Shown here: piece by piece, positions 27,330-45,125 of the stretch
Layout: every line of letters begins with the position of its first letter
Numbering within the stretch: the stretch's first letter is position 1
Assembly: GCA_964016885.1 (NCBI GenBank)
Contig: OZ024741.1
Location: 131,192,001 to 131,256,000, forward strand
Origin: Eledone cirrhosa
Taxonomy: Eukaryota
Direction of reading: 5' to 3'
Length of the DNA: 64,000 bases
Notes under the pieces: generated by a model
Seen by the model: the letters and a program-made list of their open reading frames with translations, nothing else
What the model was told of the DNA's origin: nothing
Databases searched by the model: none
Program-made: the position numbers and the translations under genes

Positions 27330-28425
27330 GTGTATGTATATATATATATGTGTGTGTATATATGTGCGTGAGTATACGTGTGTGTGAGTGTGTATGTGTA
27401 TATTTTGTATACGTGAGTGTGAGTCCATGTGCCTATACCCATATGTGTGTATGGGTATATGTATGTGTACGTAATTATGTAAAACACCTTCTACATTGCC
27501 TCTCACCTTCCCCCCATCCCCGTCGTTCGCCACCCGCAACGATACTCCCCCACTCTCCATATTCGTGCCCGCATGCGCACCCGCACATACATGTGTGTAC
27601 ATATACATATGGCTGTGTGTGAGCGTGTGTCGATATGTGTGGGCAAGGATGTGCGTATGTGTTTTGTGGTGGGTGTGTTTATACAACAATATGTGTGCAC
27701 ATATATACTTATATGTGTGTGTGCGTATACGTATATACAAAGCATCTGTCAGACGATGATCGTCTAGCTATGTATCTAGGTAATGACCTTGACACCACCA
27801 ATACATCCACCACACCACCACAAACGCCACTACCATAGACAGCGGCACCAATACCACACCTCCACACATGCCAACCCGTCTACTGACAACCCACTAACCT
27901 CATACCACAGCCCATCCCACTAAGCAACCATAACCACCACCATATCATAACATCCACCCCCACATACTCTATACGCCAAGGCCAATCAACCACCACCACA
28001 CCAAAGCCCATCTCATCCACCCATCGTCACCAACATCTCACCATCACACCCACCCCCATATACACTACAGGCCAGTACATCGCCTTGACCCTTCCCACCA
28101 ATCAAAACAACTCATTTTGTCAAACTCTTTAATATCTGACTTTATCACATAGCATGTATTTCATTTTCTTATAGCATTTCAAGAAGGTCCGTCGAGCTGC
28201 GGGTTATTGAGTCGGGTAGGATCGATATAGATCGAACCTTGAGCTGATCAGTGGCGAAACGCGCGTCACCTATCAATAAATGCAATGAAGGAATAATCAA
28301 TCGTCCTTTTTATACTTTCTATATATTACACTCTGTATAGCTTTACACATCATCACAGAAGTGAACCTAAACATCGAGTGCTCACCTGGGTGAACCTGCA
28401 GTAACTCCTAGTTACACCCCCTGGA
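22897..28425 (+). mobile_element. Penelope-like element (YRDD type) with inverted 5' duplication
   Basis: ORF pieces 23557-25886 (FIRRIRWRAYHY, GGGLYRDD, CNC..PLNGECL..IVY..YIG). 22897-23556 is the reverse complement of ~25776-26437. Long C/A-rich 3' UTR with a decayed hammerhead at ~28171-28273. Confidence 0.9.
23557..25886 (+). pseudogene. PLE RT + GIY-YIG polyprotein, frameshifted
   Basis: ORFs 23555-23908, 23970-24203, 24311-24763 and 24723-25886. Confidence 0.85.
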
Positions 28426-28605
28426 TATATATATATATATTCCGTTGCTTAAACCATTTTGTTTGTTCACCCTAACGTCCCCTTTGTTTGCGTGACCCAG
28501 CGACTTTTTTTGGCCGTTGTTCGCGCCAACCTGGGGTGTATGGTCCTTAAAGCGATGGAATGCCTGGGACGGTTGGGGGGTCACTGATGAAGGACTTACT
28601 TTTTC

Positions 28606-31793
<3,188 letters not shown>

Positions 31794-31883
31794 AAAAAAA
31801 TCATAGGAAAACTGAGTCAAGATAAATTAATAAAAACAATGAAATAAAAACAAAGAATAGGTTCCTTATATTAAAAAAAAAAA

Positions 31884-32027
31884 TCATCATTTTACGATCG
31901 TTTCTGGGATATATATGTGTATGTTGGTATGCATATCATATTAAAGATCTATCTAAAACAAATATTACAAATTATCAGAGGAGATATACATACCTTCACT
32001 TATATATGCCATCTTCAGAAATGATGA
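31884..32027 (-). ncRNA. Hammerhead with 9-bp stem I and long stem II
   Basis: TCATCATTT-CTGAAGA-[TGG..CCA]-GAAA-CGATCG-TA-AAATGATGA. Confidence 0.85.
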
Positions 32028-32808
32028 AGTATGTTTATTGAAAGAAAGTATTAATACAAAAAGTCTGTTTGTGAACAGGTTTTGAATTGACCAATAGAAA
32101 AGTTAGAGGTCAAGTTAATAGAATAACCGTAGTAGAAATTTTATGCTAGGAGTGGAAGAATGTAAATTTATGCTTTGAATGAAAAGAATGGGGAAGAGAA
32201 AGGTAAGGGTTAAAATGAGGTCAAGTTAGTGAGATAGTGAAGGATCCCCCCCCCCCCCCCCAAAAAAAAAAAAAAAAATTGATGTTGTTAAAGAATGTTG
32301 TTAAAAGCATAGGGAAAATAATTTTTTGTGGGATGAGAGTGTTAGTGAGAAATACTACTACTGTTAAAATTTTAATGAACCTAGATACATAAAAGGAAAT
32401 TAAATTAATTGATAGGTATACTTACAGAGTTAAAATTATATTAATTCTTATGGATGTGATAAATAAAGAAGTAAAAGAAATTTAAAAAAAAAAATATATA
32501 TATATATAGAAAGACTGAAATAGATAAAATTTTATAAAAAATAGCGTATCTATCTAAACAACCGTAATATTAAAGATATTAATTATATTTACTAATCCTA
32601 GGTATTGAATGTGATAGATAGGGGATGCGGTTAAAAGAAGTAGTGAGATTAAAGATAACTTAAGGTAAAGTGAGCTGCAATATCCCTAAAAGATTCTCTG
32701 CTATCCCAGAGAAAAGTTTCCCACCAAACCATAAATACTATCAAATTTTAAATAGATCTACTGTCAAATGTTCGTACTCCATTACCAAGAATATACAACA
32801 TAATATAA

Positions 32809-33540
32809 ATGCGTACAACACATATAAGTGTAAAAAAAAACATAAATATACCACCAACACATCAAACCAACCATAATAATACTAAAGTAAACCTAAACAA
32901 ACCACCTTCTTCTTCACCAACTTTGACTAATAATCTCCAAAACAAACAGAGTTCTACTAGCTCCACATCCTCTAAACTATCATCCACCAACAACCTGTCT
33001 AACCATACTAATCTAATTACAACCCATTCTAAACCATACATTAATGATAATAATAACACTAATACCACTATAGATAACACAATTAACTCTCCTGACATAA
33101 TATTTACGAATGGCTGTAACCGTAGAATCAAAAGAAATTGCCCATTAAAGGGAAATTGTCTTATTAATAATATAGTGTATAAATGTGTAGTTAGTACTAA
33201 GGACACCACTCAATCCTATATAGGAGCTACGACTAACCAATTTAAAGTAAGATTTAATACCCACAAACATAGTTTTAAAAATGCCGCATTAGCTAATACA
33301 ACCTCCTTGGCTGAAGCAATTAATAATTATAGAAAGAAGGATATTGATTATAACTTGACCTGGAGCGTGCTCAAAAGGGCCACTTCTTATCAAAATAGTA
33401 GATATGAGTGTAGGTTATGCTCCCAAGAACTATTCGAAATCATGAAATCTAATGATATCCTATTAAATAAGCGACAGGAATTATTTATATCATGCAATCA
33501 TAGAATTAGAAAAACCTTCGAATACTATAAACTTAATTAA
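32809..33540 (+). pseudogene. PLE C-terminal GIY-YIG endonuclease fragment
   Basis: CN..CPLKGNCL..IVY..YIGAT..FKVRFNTH..CRLCSQE. Confidence 0.85.
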
Positions 33541-33900
33541 TATATACCTCACTCTTATATTTTACAAATTATAATTTTTTTAAAGTTAGTTTACCTATAA
33601 TTAAATATTTACTACAAAGAATTTCATAATTTTAATTCCCTCTTGCAGCTCACTTTACCTTAAGTTATCTTTAACCTCACTACTTCTTTTAACCACATCC
33701 CCTGTCTATCACATTCAATACCTAGGATTAGTAAATATAATTAATATCTTTAATATTACGGTTGTTTAGATAGATACACTATTTTTTATAAAATTTGTAT
33801 CTATTTCAGTCTTTCTATATATATTTTATTATTTTTTTTACATAGATCCTTAATATGATATACATACCAACATACACATATATATCCCAGAAACGATCGT

Positions 33901-33946
<46 letters not shown>

Positions 33947-33951
<5 letters not shown>

Positions 33952-34757
33952 TAAAGTTAATATGTCTAAGGGTACAAGGTACCCCCAGAAATACATAGGT
34001 TGTCTATGATTCAAGGTGGATCTATGGTAATAATTTGATATACCAGAACTTAATATCAAGATAAGCAGAACAAGTAAAATTCAACCAATTTTTCAAAATT
34101 AATCAAAATTTAAAAATATAATATAAATATTTACCTATTCAAATGGCCCTTACTGTACAGTTTCACTTTGCAAAACATTAGATATCACATGGATATTAAT
34201 GGAAAAACAAAGATCATCAGAGAAGCATTTTCCATTCCTAGGGTTAAAAACCTCAGGAACGATAAAATATATGACCTCGTCCTCAGCTGACACAGGTCTG
34301 AAAGGTCGTAAAAGTGACCCGTATGTACGCTGGTGTGAAGTGAAGGCGGGAAATCACAGACTTGTTGTCTATAGTCGCCACTAAAAAAAATAGCAGCTAG
34401 ATAGAACGACAGATTTGTTCTCTACATAACGGAGTATAATGAATAAAGTTAATATGTCTAAGGGTACAAGGTACCCCCAGAAATACATAGGTTGTCTATG
34501 ATTCAAGGTGGTTCTATGGTAATAATTTGATATACCAGAACTTAATATCAAGATAAGCAGAACAAGTAAAATGCAACCAACCATTAATATCCATGTGATA
34601 TCTAATGTTTTGCAAAGTGAAACTGTACAGTAAGGGCCATTTGAATAGGTAAATATTTATATTATATTTTTTAATTTTGATTAATTTTAATTTTAAATTA
34701 ATTTTGATTTATTTTGAAAAATTGGTTGAATTTTACTTGTTCTGCTTATCTTGATAC
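33947..34757. mobile_element. Non-coding PLE derivative with direct (33947-34088 / 34439-34580) and inverted (34054-34202 / 34581-34756) repeats
   Basis: Repeats read directly; hammerhead on the minus strand; (TA)n flanks. Confidence 0.8.
34146..34226 (-). ncRNA. Hammerhead motif
   Basis: TTCT-CTGATGA-tCTTTG..CAAAGt-GAAA-CTGTACAG-TA-AGGG. Confidence 0.75.
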
Positions 34758-34831
34758 ATATATATATATATATATAGATATACATAGTGACGAAACATAA
34801 GTCAATTGCATGAACTCATAATCCTTTATTT

Positions 34832-34887
34832 ACTGCTATATATATTTCAATGATAGCCATTGAATGGCTATGACCTCATCAGGCAGT
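34832..34887 (-). ncRNA. Hammerhead motif in a ~150-bp PLE stub (34786-34938)
   Basis: ACTGC-CTGATGA-ggtcATAGCCATtcaATGGCTATcatt-GAAA-TATATA-TA-GCAGT-AAATAAA. Confidence 0.85.
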
Positions 34888-34936
34888 TAGTCAGTACTTA
34901 GATATGCCAGCTCTGTGTTTATAGTGTTGATGGTAT

Positions 34937-35436
<500 letters not shown>

Positions 35437-35695
35437 CGTGGTGGTATTACTGTGCGGTGAACAGACGGAAGATGTAATGTTTCCGGCATTGATTCATCAT
35501 TATGTTTCTTTGATATTTTGTTTATCCTCCAACAGGTGGCAATGGTGTGTGGTCGTTTGTGTAGTAGGTGAAATGAGAGGGATGATGGATGGGAGGAGAT
35601 ATGGAATGGCATGCCACCTAAAGACTATCCTTACACTAAGATAAATAACTGTTAAAATTTGAACTCATTGCAACTCACCGAAACTAGACACTTTA

Positions 35696-35780
<85 letters not shown>

Positions 35781-35828
35781 TCCTCTCTCTACCTATCTAT
35801 CTATCTACCTATCTATCTATCTACCTAC

Positions 35829-35925
<97 letters not shown>
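35696..35925. repeat. (CT)n then (CTAT)n microsatellite
   Basis: Direct reading. Confidence 0.95.
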
Positions 35926-36906
35926 AAGCAAAGACCGAGGAAAATGGGCGACTGGCACATCGAATGTGCTCAGGCGCTCACAGCCCTCTGGCAGGCGGAC
36001 CCGGCGATCAGTGGAGACTCCACTTCGTCATTCTATAGAGGGTTGATCCGCAGCAAGTGCGACGACGCGCTCGGTGAAACTCTAGGCGTAGAGGAAGATG
36101 AACTGGCCAGTCTGTTCGGTAGGACCTTCCGCCCGGGACCGATGGACAACTTCCAAAAGTCCCTGGCCTGGCAGTGCTACCGAGGAGCTCTACCAGTTCG
36201 AGACAAGCTCTACAGACATGGGCGCCCGGGCAGGGACCCTTCGAAAAAGATCTGTTCGAGGTGCGTGCGAGACGAAGAAACCGTCGCGCACGCATTCGTA
36301 CACTGCCCGGGTGTCACCGACCTGTGGGGCTATGTAGAACGACTATTGTCGCGGGTGGGACCAATCCGGTTGACCACCGAGTCCATTGTCATGATCAAAC
36401 CGCCACCCTCCTTCAAAAACGAAGGAGAGGCAGTTTTCCTTTGTGTGATAGCTATGGCAAAAGAGGTTGTATTGTGGACAATGTTGAAGGGCTGAGGTCA
36501 GACACCTTTCTCTCCGGCCAACAACTGATTCTTTTTTCAAATAACACTTTGGAAGAAGAATCAGGATGGAGAGAGAGGTGCTGTACCCCAGCAAGTTTTA
36601 TGAAAGGTGGGTGAAAGTGGCGAGAATGGCCCGAGTGAATGGGCCTTCTCTCTATATCAGCCTGTAGGTTGAGGAAAAAGAGGAAGAGAGGAAGGGACTA
36701 CAAACTCTTCGTACTCCTGGAGATGAGGGTTGCACATTTTTTTCGGGGGTATGTGTTACCCATATGTAATGTCTCCCCCTATTGGGGAAAATCGATTAAC
36801 TTTTAAATTGCATTTGTGATAGTATTTTACACGTTTTTATTGTATGTAAACTTCCCCCTTTGTATTTGTTCCCTTCTTTTGTGCCCCTATCGCTAATAAA
36901 GAAACA
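35926..36906 (+). mobile_element. Tx1-like LINE family B, 5'-truncated
   Basis: ORF2 C-terminus (CSRC..ETVAHAFVHC) closely matches 41890-42865; flanked by (CTAT)n on both sides. Confidence 0.9.
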
Positions 36907-36910
36907 TATC

Positions 36911-36941
<31 letters not shown>

Positions 36942-37039
36942 CCATCTAGCTATCTATTAATCTATCTATCTATCTATCTATCTATCCATATATATATAGA
37001 TATATATTTATCTATCTATCTATCTATCTATCCATATAG

Positions 37040-37156
37040 TTTATATATAGTTTATTGTTATTTATTAATGTTAAAGTTATTTTTATGTAAAAAACCCGCC
37101 GTCACGTCTTGTAATATCCCATTTTTGTACGCCCCTGTGGCAAATAAAGAAAGATA
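37040..37156 (+). mobile_element. Tx1-like 3' stub
   Basis: Ends GCCCCTGTGGCAAATAAAGAAAGA then (TATC)n. Confidence 0.6.
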
Positions 37157-37189
37157 TCTATCTATCCATATATACATATCTATCTATCT

Positions 37190-40100
37190 TTCTGGGATGG
37201 ACACACGCGTGAAACTTGCTGGGTAAGTTCTGCCTAAATTTCTATAGAAATTCCTAACTGTAAACCATCATTTTTATACCAATTTGTAGAGGGACTGCCA
37301 GGTCAAATTTTGATCTGGTCAGTCTCTCAAAATATTCTACGCCTTTAGGCGAAATAGTTCACAAACAGTTTTTTTTTGGAAAAGCTAACATTTTTTTTAA
37401 AAATGGCTGAAGCTTCTTCACCAACATTCGAAGGAGGAAAGGGGAAGATATGCTTACAGCTTCCTCCTGCCACTGTCATAGTAGCAGATGTCAAAGACAA
37501 GGGTCAGCCAGAGGAAGGATTTTTCTCCACCTGCTGACCGACAACTTGACGTTGTCATGGCAACAAACCAAAAGTGTGAAACGATGAACAAAAACAACAC
37601 AACCAGTGGCACCCGCAACAACAACAATGCTATGAACGAAAACAGCACCAACAACAATAACAATAACAACAACAACAAGACCAATAACTGCAACAAGGAA
37701 GTAAACGACAAAATACCGTTTGCGCAAACCGTAAAGAAAACGGTAAGCTACACTCCGGTAGATATTTCAAATGCAAATGAGCTTTTGAATAACGCCAGAC
37801 AGTACATAACTTTTGGGGAGAACGGATCATCTCCATAAACTCTACCCCAGATTTACGAAGAGAAGCTGCCTCGAAAACTGTGGTTTTCAGGACAGTCTCA
37901 AACAAAACCCGAAAACCGACTCAACTTTCACAAGGCGAAATTGAGTTGGTTTTAGAAAATGCCTTAAAAGACATTGCTTTCATTCAGAAGGGTAGAATCT
38001 ACGGGAGTTTATCCATTCTGATGAAACACCAACTGACGGCACAGAGATACTCTGTGTCGCCAATTGTGTCACTGTTGTTCACCTTTTTCCCCACTTACAT
38101 GGGGAAAAGAACACAGAAAATAAAAATCCAAAGTATCACACCAAATATTGATATTTGGTGGGTAGTATGTGGATTTTTCCTCGAAAAAGTCACAATAATA
38201 TCGGTAGGTAAGTCCTCGGGCGACCTGTTCAGCGGAACTAGCCTGGAAATTTTGGTCTAAATGACACCAGAACGAATAGCTAGGATCCCGGAACGTGTGC
38301 TGCTGGATGGGCTTATATACATATACATTTCGGTCGAGGGTAGGCGGCCCTCATGTTACCACTGCCTAAGCAAGGGTCATCTGAGAGCTTCCTGTCTTCG
38401 GCTAACTAGCCAAAAAAAGGCATTACTGCCAACATGAGCACAACAATCACCACCACCACCACCACAACAACAACAACAACAACAACAACAACATAAAAAA
38501 AATAGTGACAACAAAACAAATGACAAACACAGTCCCACCCAACCCCTCCCCACCTAAAACAACTCCAGAAACACCCACACACATAACAGCTCCCCAAAAT
38601 GTACCCCTCCCCAACAACACGGATGAGGCCTCATCATCGTCACCCAGTGACGATGAGGGAGAGCCTTTCCGACCAGTAAAAAGAAAAAAGAAAAGACATA
38701 ACACAAACAAAAATGCAACAAACACACAAACACCAACACAAGCGACACAAAGAGCACAAACAAAAACACCCCCTCCTGAAAACAAAACACCTACTACAAA
38801 ACGTAAGCACACACAAGAACGACAGACAAAAAGCAACACATCACAACAAAAATGTTACACCTACATAAATACTAACAATAAAAGTTTAACAGACACCACA
38901 TATAAAAACCATTCGGTATCCACCGAAGGGAAAACTTTTACAACACACTTCGGAGAATCATGATCTTAAAATGATTAGGATCTCCATCGACACACATAAA
39001 CAGTTAAAAGAAAAATTTCCTAACGACATAGGTAACCGCTGCGTCAAACCCTATAACCGCGTCCTTTTAAAATGTTTCCCCACCACCACCCCAGACACCC
39101 CCACCCACCTGGACCCCCTCTCCACCAAACATCTCCGTCCCCACCCCGCCAGAGACCACCACCCCACCAAACAACCCCTCCAACACAGCCTGGTCCCCAG
39201 GAGACGAAGAGGTGAGTGATTTCTTTTTCTCTTCTTTTAACTTTTCAGCACCAACATGGCCAATATAAAAGTTGGATGTGTGAATGTACGCGGCCTGGGG
39301 ATGCCCTGGAAACAGGGCACACTCTTAAACGACCTCAGGTCGCACAGTATGGATGTAGTAGCCATTTGCGAGTCCAGGATCCACAGTGAGCAACAACTTT
39401 CCCCCATCTTCAACGGCTTTGAGATCTACGCATCTCTCTGTCAGCCGGGAGGTGGGGGTGGGATTGCCGTTTTGCTGCGGAAACACCTGGACCTCGTAAC
39501 ACAGACGGTACATCTGGACCCGGAGGGTCGACTGGTGGTTCTAGACGTTGACGGTAGTGAAGGTGGAGCCTTCAGGCTGGTAGCCGCATATGCCCCATCC
39601 GGGACACCACGGCCAGACTTCTTCAAACGTCTAGAGACTTTTCTGGGAACGTCCCGCTCCCTGCTGTTAGTGGGGGACTGGAATGGAATCCTAGATGCAC
39701 GTTGGGACTATGTGGGAGCATGTCCAGATAGAGAGAGGTGTAACAGCCGCAAACAGTTAATCGGCCGATTTGACCTGGCCGATAGATATCGACTAGATTT
39801 TCCGACTGTGCCACTGTGGACGTGGACTAATCGTAGCGGAACATCTAGATCGTACTTAGATATGGTTCTAGTTAGAAAGAAGGATAGGGACATGTTAAGC
39901 TGTCCACAAATCTTCATGGTTGAGTATTCAGATCACAAATTAGTGACCTGCTTAGTCAACATTGACAAAACCCATAGACAGGGACCCGGCTACTGGAAGC
40001 TGAACTTGTCGTTACCGACATGCAAAGCCTACAGTAGAGGGATTAGCACTTTAGTTAAGCAGCACTTGACGGGGGCCATTGTCAACAACAGATGGTGGTA

Positions 40101-42866
40101 CTCTCTCAAGAGAGCAGTTAGATTCGATTCGATAGGTTTTAGTAAAGAATTAGTGTTAGATAGAAATAAGACCGAAAAGGAACTGGTAGATAAAGTAGAA
40201 GAGGCACTTAGGAGTGGCAACGTAGCCAGCGTGCTAGCGACGAGAACGGCCTTGGGCCAGTTCTTCGACGCAAAGCATGAAGGCTGCGTTGTCAGAAGCA
40301 AAATACATGCTCTGGGAAACGAGGGAGCCAAAGCTGTTAGCTGGTCCCGAGTGACGGAGGCGAAAAGTGGCAACAAGTCCACGATTCGGTCTTTGAAGGA
40401 CAAAGACGGACACGTGATACGTGAGCCGAAGCAGATGTGCGCGGCCTTTCAGTGGCATTTTGCTCAACTATTCGGGCAGGACGGCGGCCGGGAGGGGCTA
40501 TGGATTTCAGTCCATACCTCGACGGCCTACCGCGACTCTCGGACAGCGAGGCGAAGTTGTGCGAAAGACCGATTTAGGCCGCTGAGATAGGGGACGCGCT
40601 GAGCCAATGCGGCAAACGCAAATCTCCAGGTCTCGACGGTCTACCCTACGAATTTTACGTAGCAACGCCGGACTTGTTCTCCGGTCTCCTGGAAGCGGTC
40701 TACTGCGACTGGCGAATTCCCAGTTCTGTGACTATAGGCGTAGTCACGTTAGTCAGGAAGGACGAGAATAAAGGGGATGACATAGGCAACTTCCGGCCCA
40801 TAACTCTGCTCAACACAGAGTTACAGATTTTGACCAAGGGGTTGGCAAAGAGGCTGGCGCTTGTCGTCGAAAACCTGGTGGGAGAAGCGCAGACATGCGC
40901 AATCCCGACCAGGTCCATACACAACAACCTCCACCTCATGCGATACATGATTGAGAGGGTAGGGTGTAAAACCGGCTTCGGTGGGGCCCTGATCAACTTG
41001 GATGAGTTTAAGGCTTTCGATAGGCAGGCTTCGGACCCGTGTTCAGGGGCTGGATTGCTGCAATGCACAGCAGCAACATCTGCTCAAGGGTCAAGGTGAA
41101 CGGCTACCTCTCGGAGCCGTTCCATATCACGCGATCCATCTGACAGGGAAGCCTTCTCTCCTCCCTTCTGTACGTACTGACTCTCGAGCCACTACTGCGG
41201 AATTTGGAGCTATTGCAGAGCATCCCTTAGGAACTGGGACTGCGAAAGGTGTCGTCGGCTAATGCCGACGACGTATTAGTAATGGTGTCGAGCACCTCGC
41301 AAATCGGGGAGGTCGGCACCTTACTGGAGGAATACGAAAAGTTTACAGGAGCGAAGCTGAACCGGGACAAATCCGTCGGTTTGCAACTCGCGACGTGGAG
41401 AGGCAAACCGATGGCGTCGTCGGACGCTGGACGGAAGGAACGGTAAAGCTGCTCGGGGTCTGGTTTGGTCCGGACCTCCAGGTGGAGAAGAACTGGAACG
41501 TGGTGGCGGCCAAAGAGTTTGCGCTCACCCAGAAGTGGGCCGAGTGCAAACTATCCTTGAAAGGTCGAGCGGAGGTGGCGAACACTTTTATAGCGTCCAT
41601 CATATACTACCGCTTGACCGTTGTGCCTTGTCCAGCCAAAACGCTCACCAAAATGGAGCGCGCGCTCTTCCAATTCCTTTGAAAGAAACGGGCTCCTTTG
41701 GTGAGAAGATCCATCTTCTGCCAACACCCTTCAAACGGAGGGCTGGGGATGCCGTGACTGACGATGCGCAAACACGCGCTCAGGCTGCGGCACCTCCACG
41801 TATTCCTCACCGGACAACCGGTGTGGGCCCCGTTCGTGAGGCGAGCCTTCCCACGACTCGTCTCGCTGACCGAGCTGCAGTCCTGGGCCAAGCAAAGACC
41901 GAGGAAAATGGGCGACTGGCACATCGAATATGCTCAGGCGCTCACAGTCCTCTGGCAAACGGACCCGGCGATCAGTGGAGACTCCACTTCGACATTCTAT
42001 AGAGGGTTGGTCCGCAGCAAGTGCGACGACGCGATCGGAGAAACTGTGGGTGTAGAGGAGGACGAACTGGCCCGTCTGTCCGGTAGGAGCTTCCGCTCGG
42101 GATCAATGGACAACTTCCAAAAGTCCCTGGCCTGGCAGTGCTACCGAGGAGCTCTACCAGTTCGAGACAAGCTCTACAGACACGGGCGCCCGGGTAGCGA
42201 CCCTTCGAAAAAGATCTGTCCGAGATGCGTGCGCGACGAGGAAACCGTCGCGCACGCATTTGTACACAGCCCGGGCGTTACCGACCTGTGGGCTATGTAG
42301 AACGACTATTATCGCGGGTGGGACCAATCCAGTTGACCACCGAGTCCATTGTCATGATCAAACCGCCACCCTCCTTCAAAAACGAGGGAGAGGTGGTTTT
42401 CCTATGTTTGATAGCTATGGTGAAAGAGGTTATATGGTGGACAAGGTTAAAAGGGCTGAGGTCAGGCACCTTTCTCTCCGGCGAGAAACTGATTCGTTTT
42501 TTCAAATATCATTTTGGAAGAAGAATCAGGATGGAGAGAGAGAGGTGCTGTACCCCAGCAAATTTTATAAAAGGTGGGTGAATATGGCAAAGATGGCCCG
42601 AGTGGTTGGGCCTTCTCTCTATATAAGCCTGTAGGTTGAGGAAAAAGAGGAAGAGAGGAAGGGAGTATTCACTTTTGGTGCTCCTGGAGATGAGGGTTGT
42701 ACATTTTTTCGGGGTGTGTACAACCCCTCTGTAACGCCTCCCCCCTATTGGGGATTTCGATTGTTATTTATTATTTTATTAATAGTTTTATTTTCATATA
42801 CCTGTCTGTAAACTCCCCATTTGTATTTGTCCCCTTCTTTTGTGCCCTTGTGGCTAATAAAGGAAT
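37190..42866 (+). mobile_element. Tx1-like LINE family B, full-length but decayed
   Basis: ORF1 remnants from the ATG at 37403, with knuckle CYHCLSKGHLRASC (~38353-38396). ORF2 APE (39256-40590), RT and CCHC pieces to 42634. Starts and ends at CTAT/TA repeats. Confidence 0.92.
39256..42634 (+). pseudogene. Tx1 ORF2 (APE + RT + zinc knuckle), frameshifted
   Basis: NVRG, GDWN, SDH and NFRPITLLN motifs; YADD degraded to NADD; several frameshifts. Confidence 0.9.
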
Positions 42867-42869
42867 TTA

Positions 42870-42957
<88 letters not shown>

Positions 42958-43146
42958 GTTCAAGAGTAACTAATCTTAAAGAGGGAGATGGAGATAGTAG
43001 AGGAGATATGAGAGGAGAGATTGGTGAGTTGGTTAGAAGCCAAAGCGTAAAGGCATGTGCTCAATGTGCAATATGCAGTAGAAAGCAGCTAGGTGGCTGG
43101 GTTCATGCAGAAGTTAGGTGCGCAGACCTGGAAATATTCATTAGAT

Positions 43147-43637
43147 AAGCAAAACAAGACCACAAATTTCACAAGGAAGACATTATTAAAAGATTGTCAA
43201 CATATTTTAGTTTGATGTAAGGAATGTAGAGAATAATAATAATATTAATAAAATACAATGCAGCCTCGACAGATGAATACTGCTTGATTATGGCTGACAA
43301 CTGATGCAACAAAGACACCATAGTAAAAACCAATATATGGAACATAATATTATGTAACATTATCCCATTATTTTAATTTATATTCCTTTGAAGTTCCGAT
43401 GAGCCACTGTGTTTTTTAAATATGTTAATTATTTTCAACTGAACCAGATCAATTATGATATATAGTCATCTGATCCAGAAATATTATATGGAGTAGTGAA
43501 ACAATTGTAAACGGACATTATTATTATTAATATTATTATTATTATTCTCTACATTCCTTACATCAAACTAAAATATGTTGACAATATTTTAATAATGTCT
43601 TCCTTGTGAAATTTGTGGTCTTGTTTTGCTTAACTAA

Positions 43638-43640
<3 letters not shown>
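43147..43640. mobile_element. Fold-back PLE 3' fragment (arms ~43147-43250 and ~43523-43632)
   Basis: Inverted arms with a hammerhead-like motif in the spacer. Confidence 0.75.
43393..43512 (+). ncRNA. Hammerhead-like motif with long stem II
   Basis: GTT-CCGATGA-gccACT..AGTagt-GAAA-CAATTG-TA-AAC (U4C change). Confidence 0.65.
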
Positions 43641-43668
<28 letters not shown>

Positions 43669-43669
<1 letters not shown>

Positions 43670-43844
43670 ACGAAGGAAATGTGGTAAGGAACCAGGTGGA
43701 CCATAACGCACCAAAGTACTCAATACTTGAGGTAGTAGAGTGGGTAATAGGAACCAGTAAGACCCCGACAGCTGAGCTCAAGCCGTTTCGACGGAGCCGT
43801 CGAAACGGCTTGAGCTCAGCTGTCGGGGTCTTACTGGTTCCTAT
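43669..43844. mobile_element. Fold-back PLE stub with a perfect 48-bp hairpin
   Basis: Arms 43747-43794 and 43797-43844, 2-nt loop AG, (TA)n flanks. Confidence 0.85.
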
Positions 43845-43913
43845 ATATATATATATATATATATATATAGATAAATTTCTTTATATATATATATATGTAT
43901 ATATATGTGTGTA

Positions 43914-43951
<38 letters not shown>

Positions 43952-43952
43952 G

Positions 43953-44780
<828 letters not shown>

Positions 44781-44964
44781 AAGACCAGATTTCAACCCCA
44801 ACATCTACAACAACACCGGCACTAATGTTTACAGCAACAACAGCTTCTGAATGAATTGAAATGAACATTTACTACAACAACAGCAGCATCAAACGACAAA
44901 AAACAACAACAAAAACAAAATAACAAAACACACACACACAACAACAACAACATCAACTGCCACA

Positions 44965-45125
44965 GCCAACGATTGTTCCAGCGCATTACTGGTGCTCTCT
45001 TTTCTTGACTCCGTGGGGTTGAAAGGCAAAGCTGACCTTGGTGGGATTTGAGCTCGGAGCGTGGAGGGCCATAGCTCTATGCTGTAAAGCAATTATAATA
45101 ATACTGAACGGTAAGACGAACGGCT
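44965..45125 (-). mobile_element. SINE, diverged
   Basis: GAAAGGCAAAGCTGACCTTGGTGGGATTTGAGCTC, same family as 6251. Confidence 0.6.

Larger units (their letters stand above)
31795..33904 (+). mobile_element. 5'-truncated PLE with inverted 3' copy upstream
   Basis: GIY-YIG ORF 32809-33540. ~32500-32680 is inverted at 33643-33825, and 31891-31952 at 33842-33904. Confidence 0.88.

Noticed and set aside
28575-28605. CTGATGAAGG motif in a short inter-microsatellite insert
   Set aside because: No downstream GAAA or stems.
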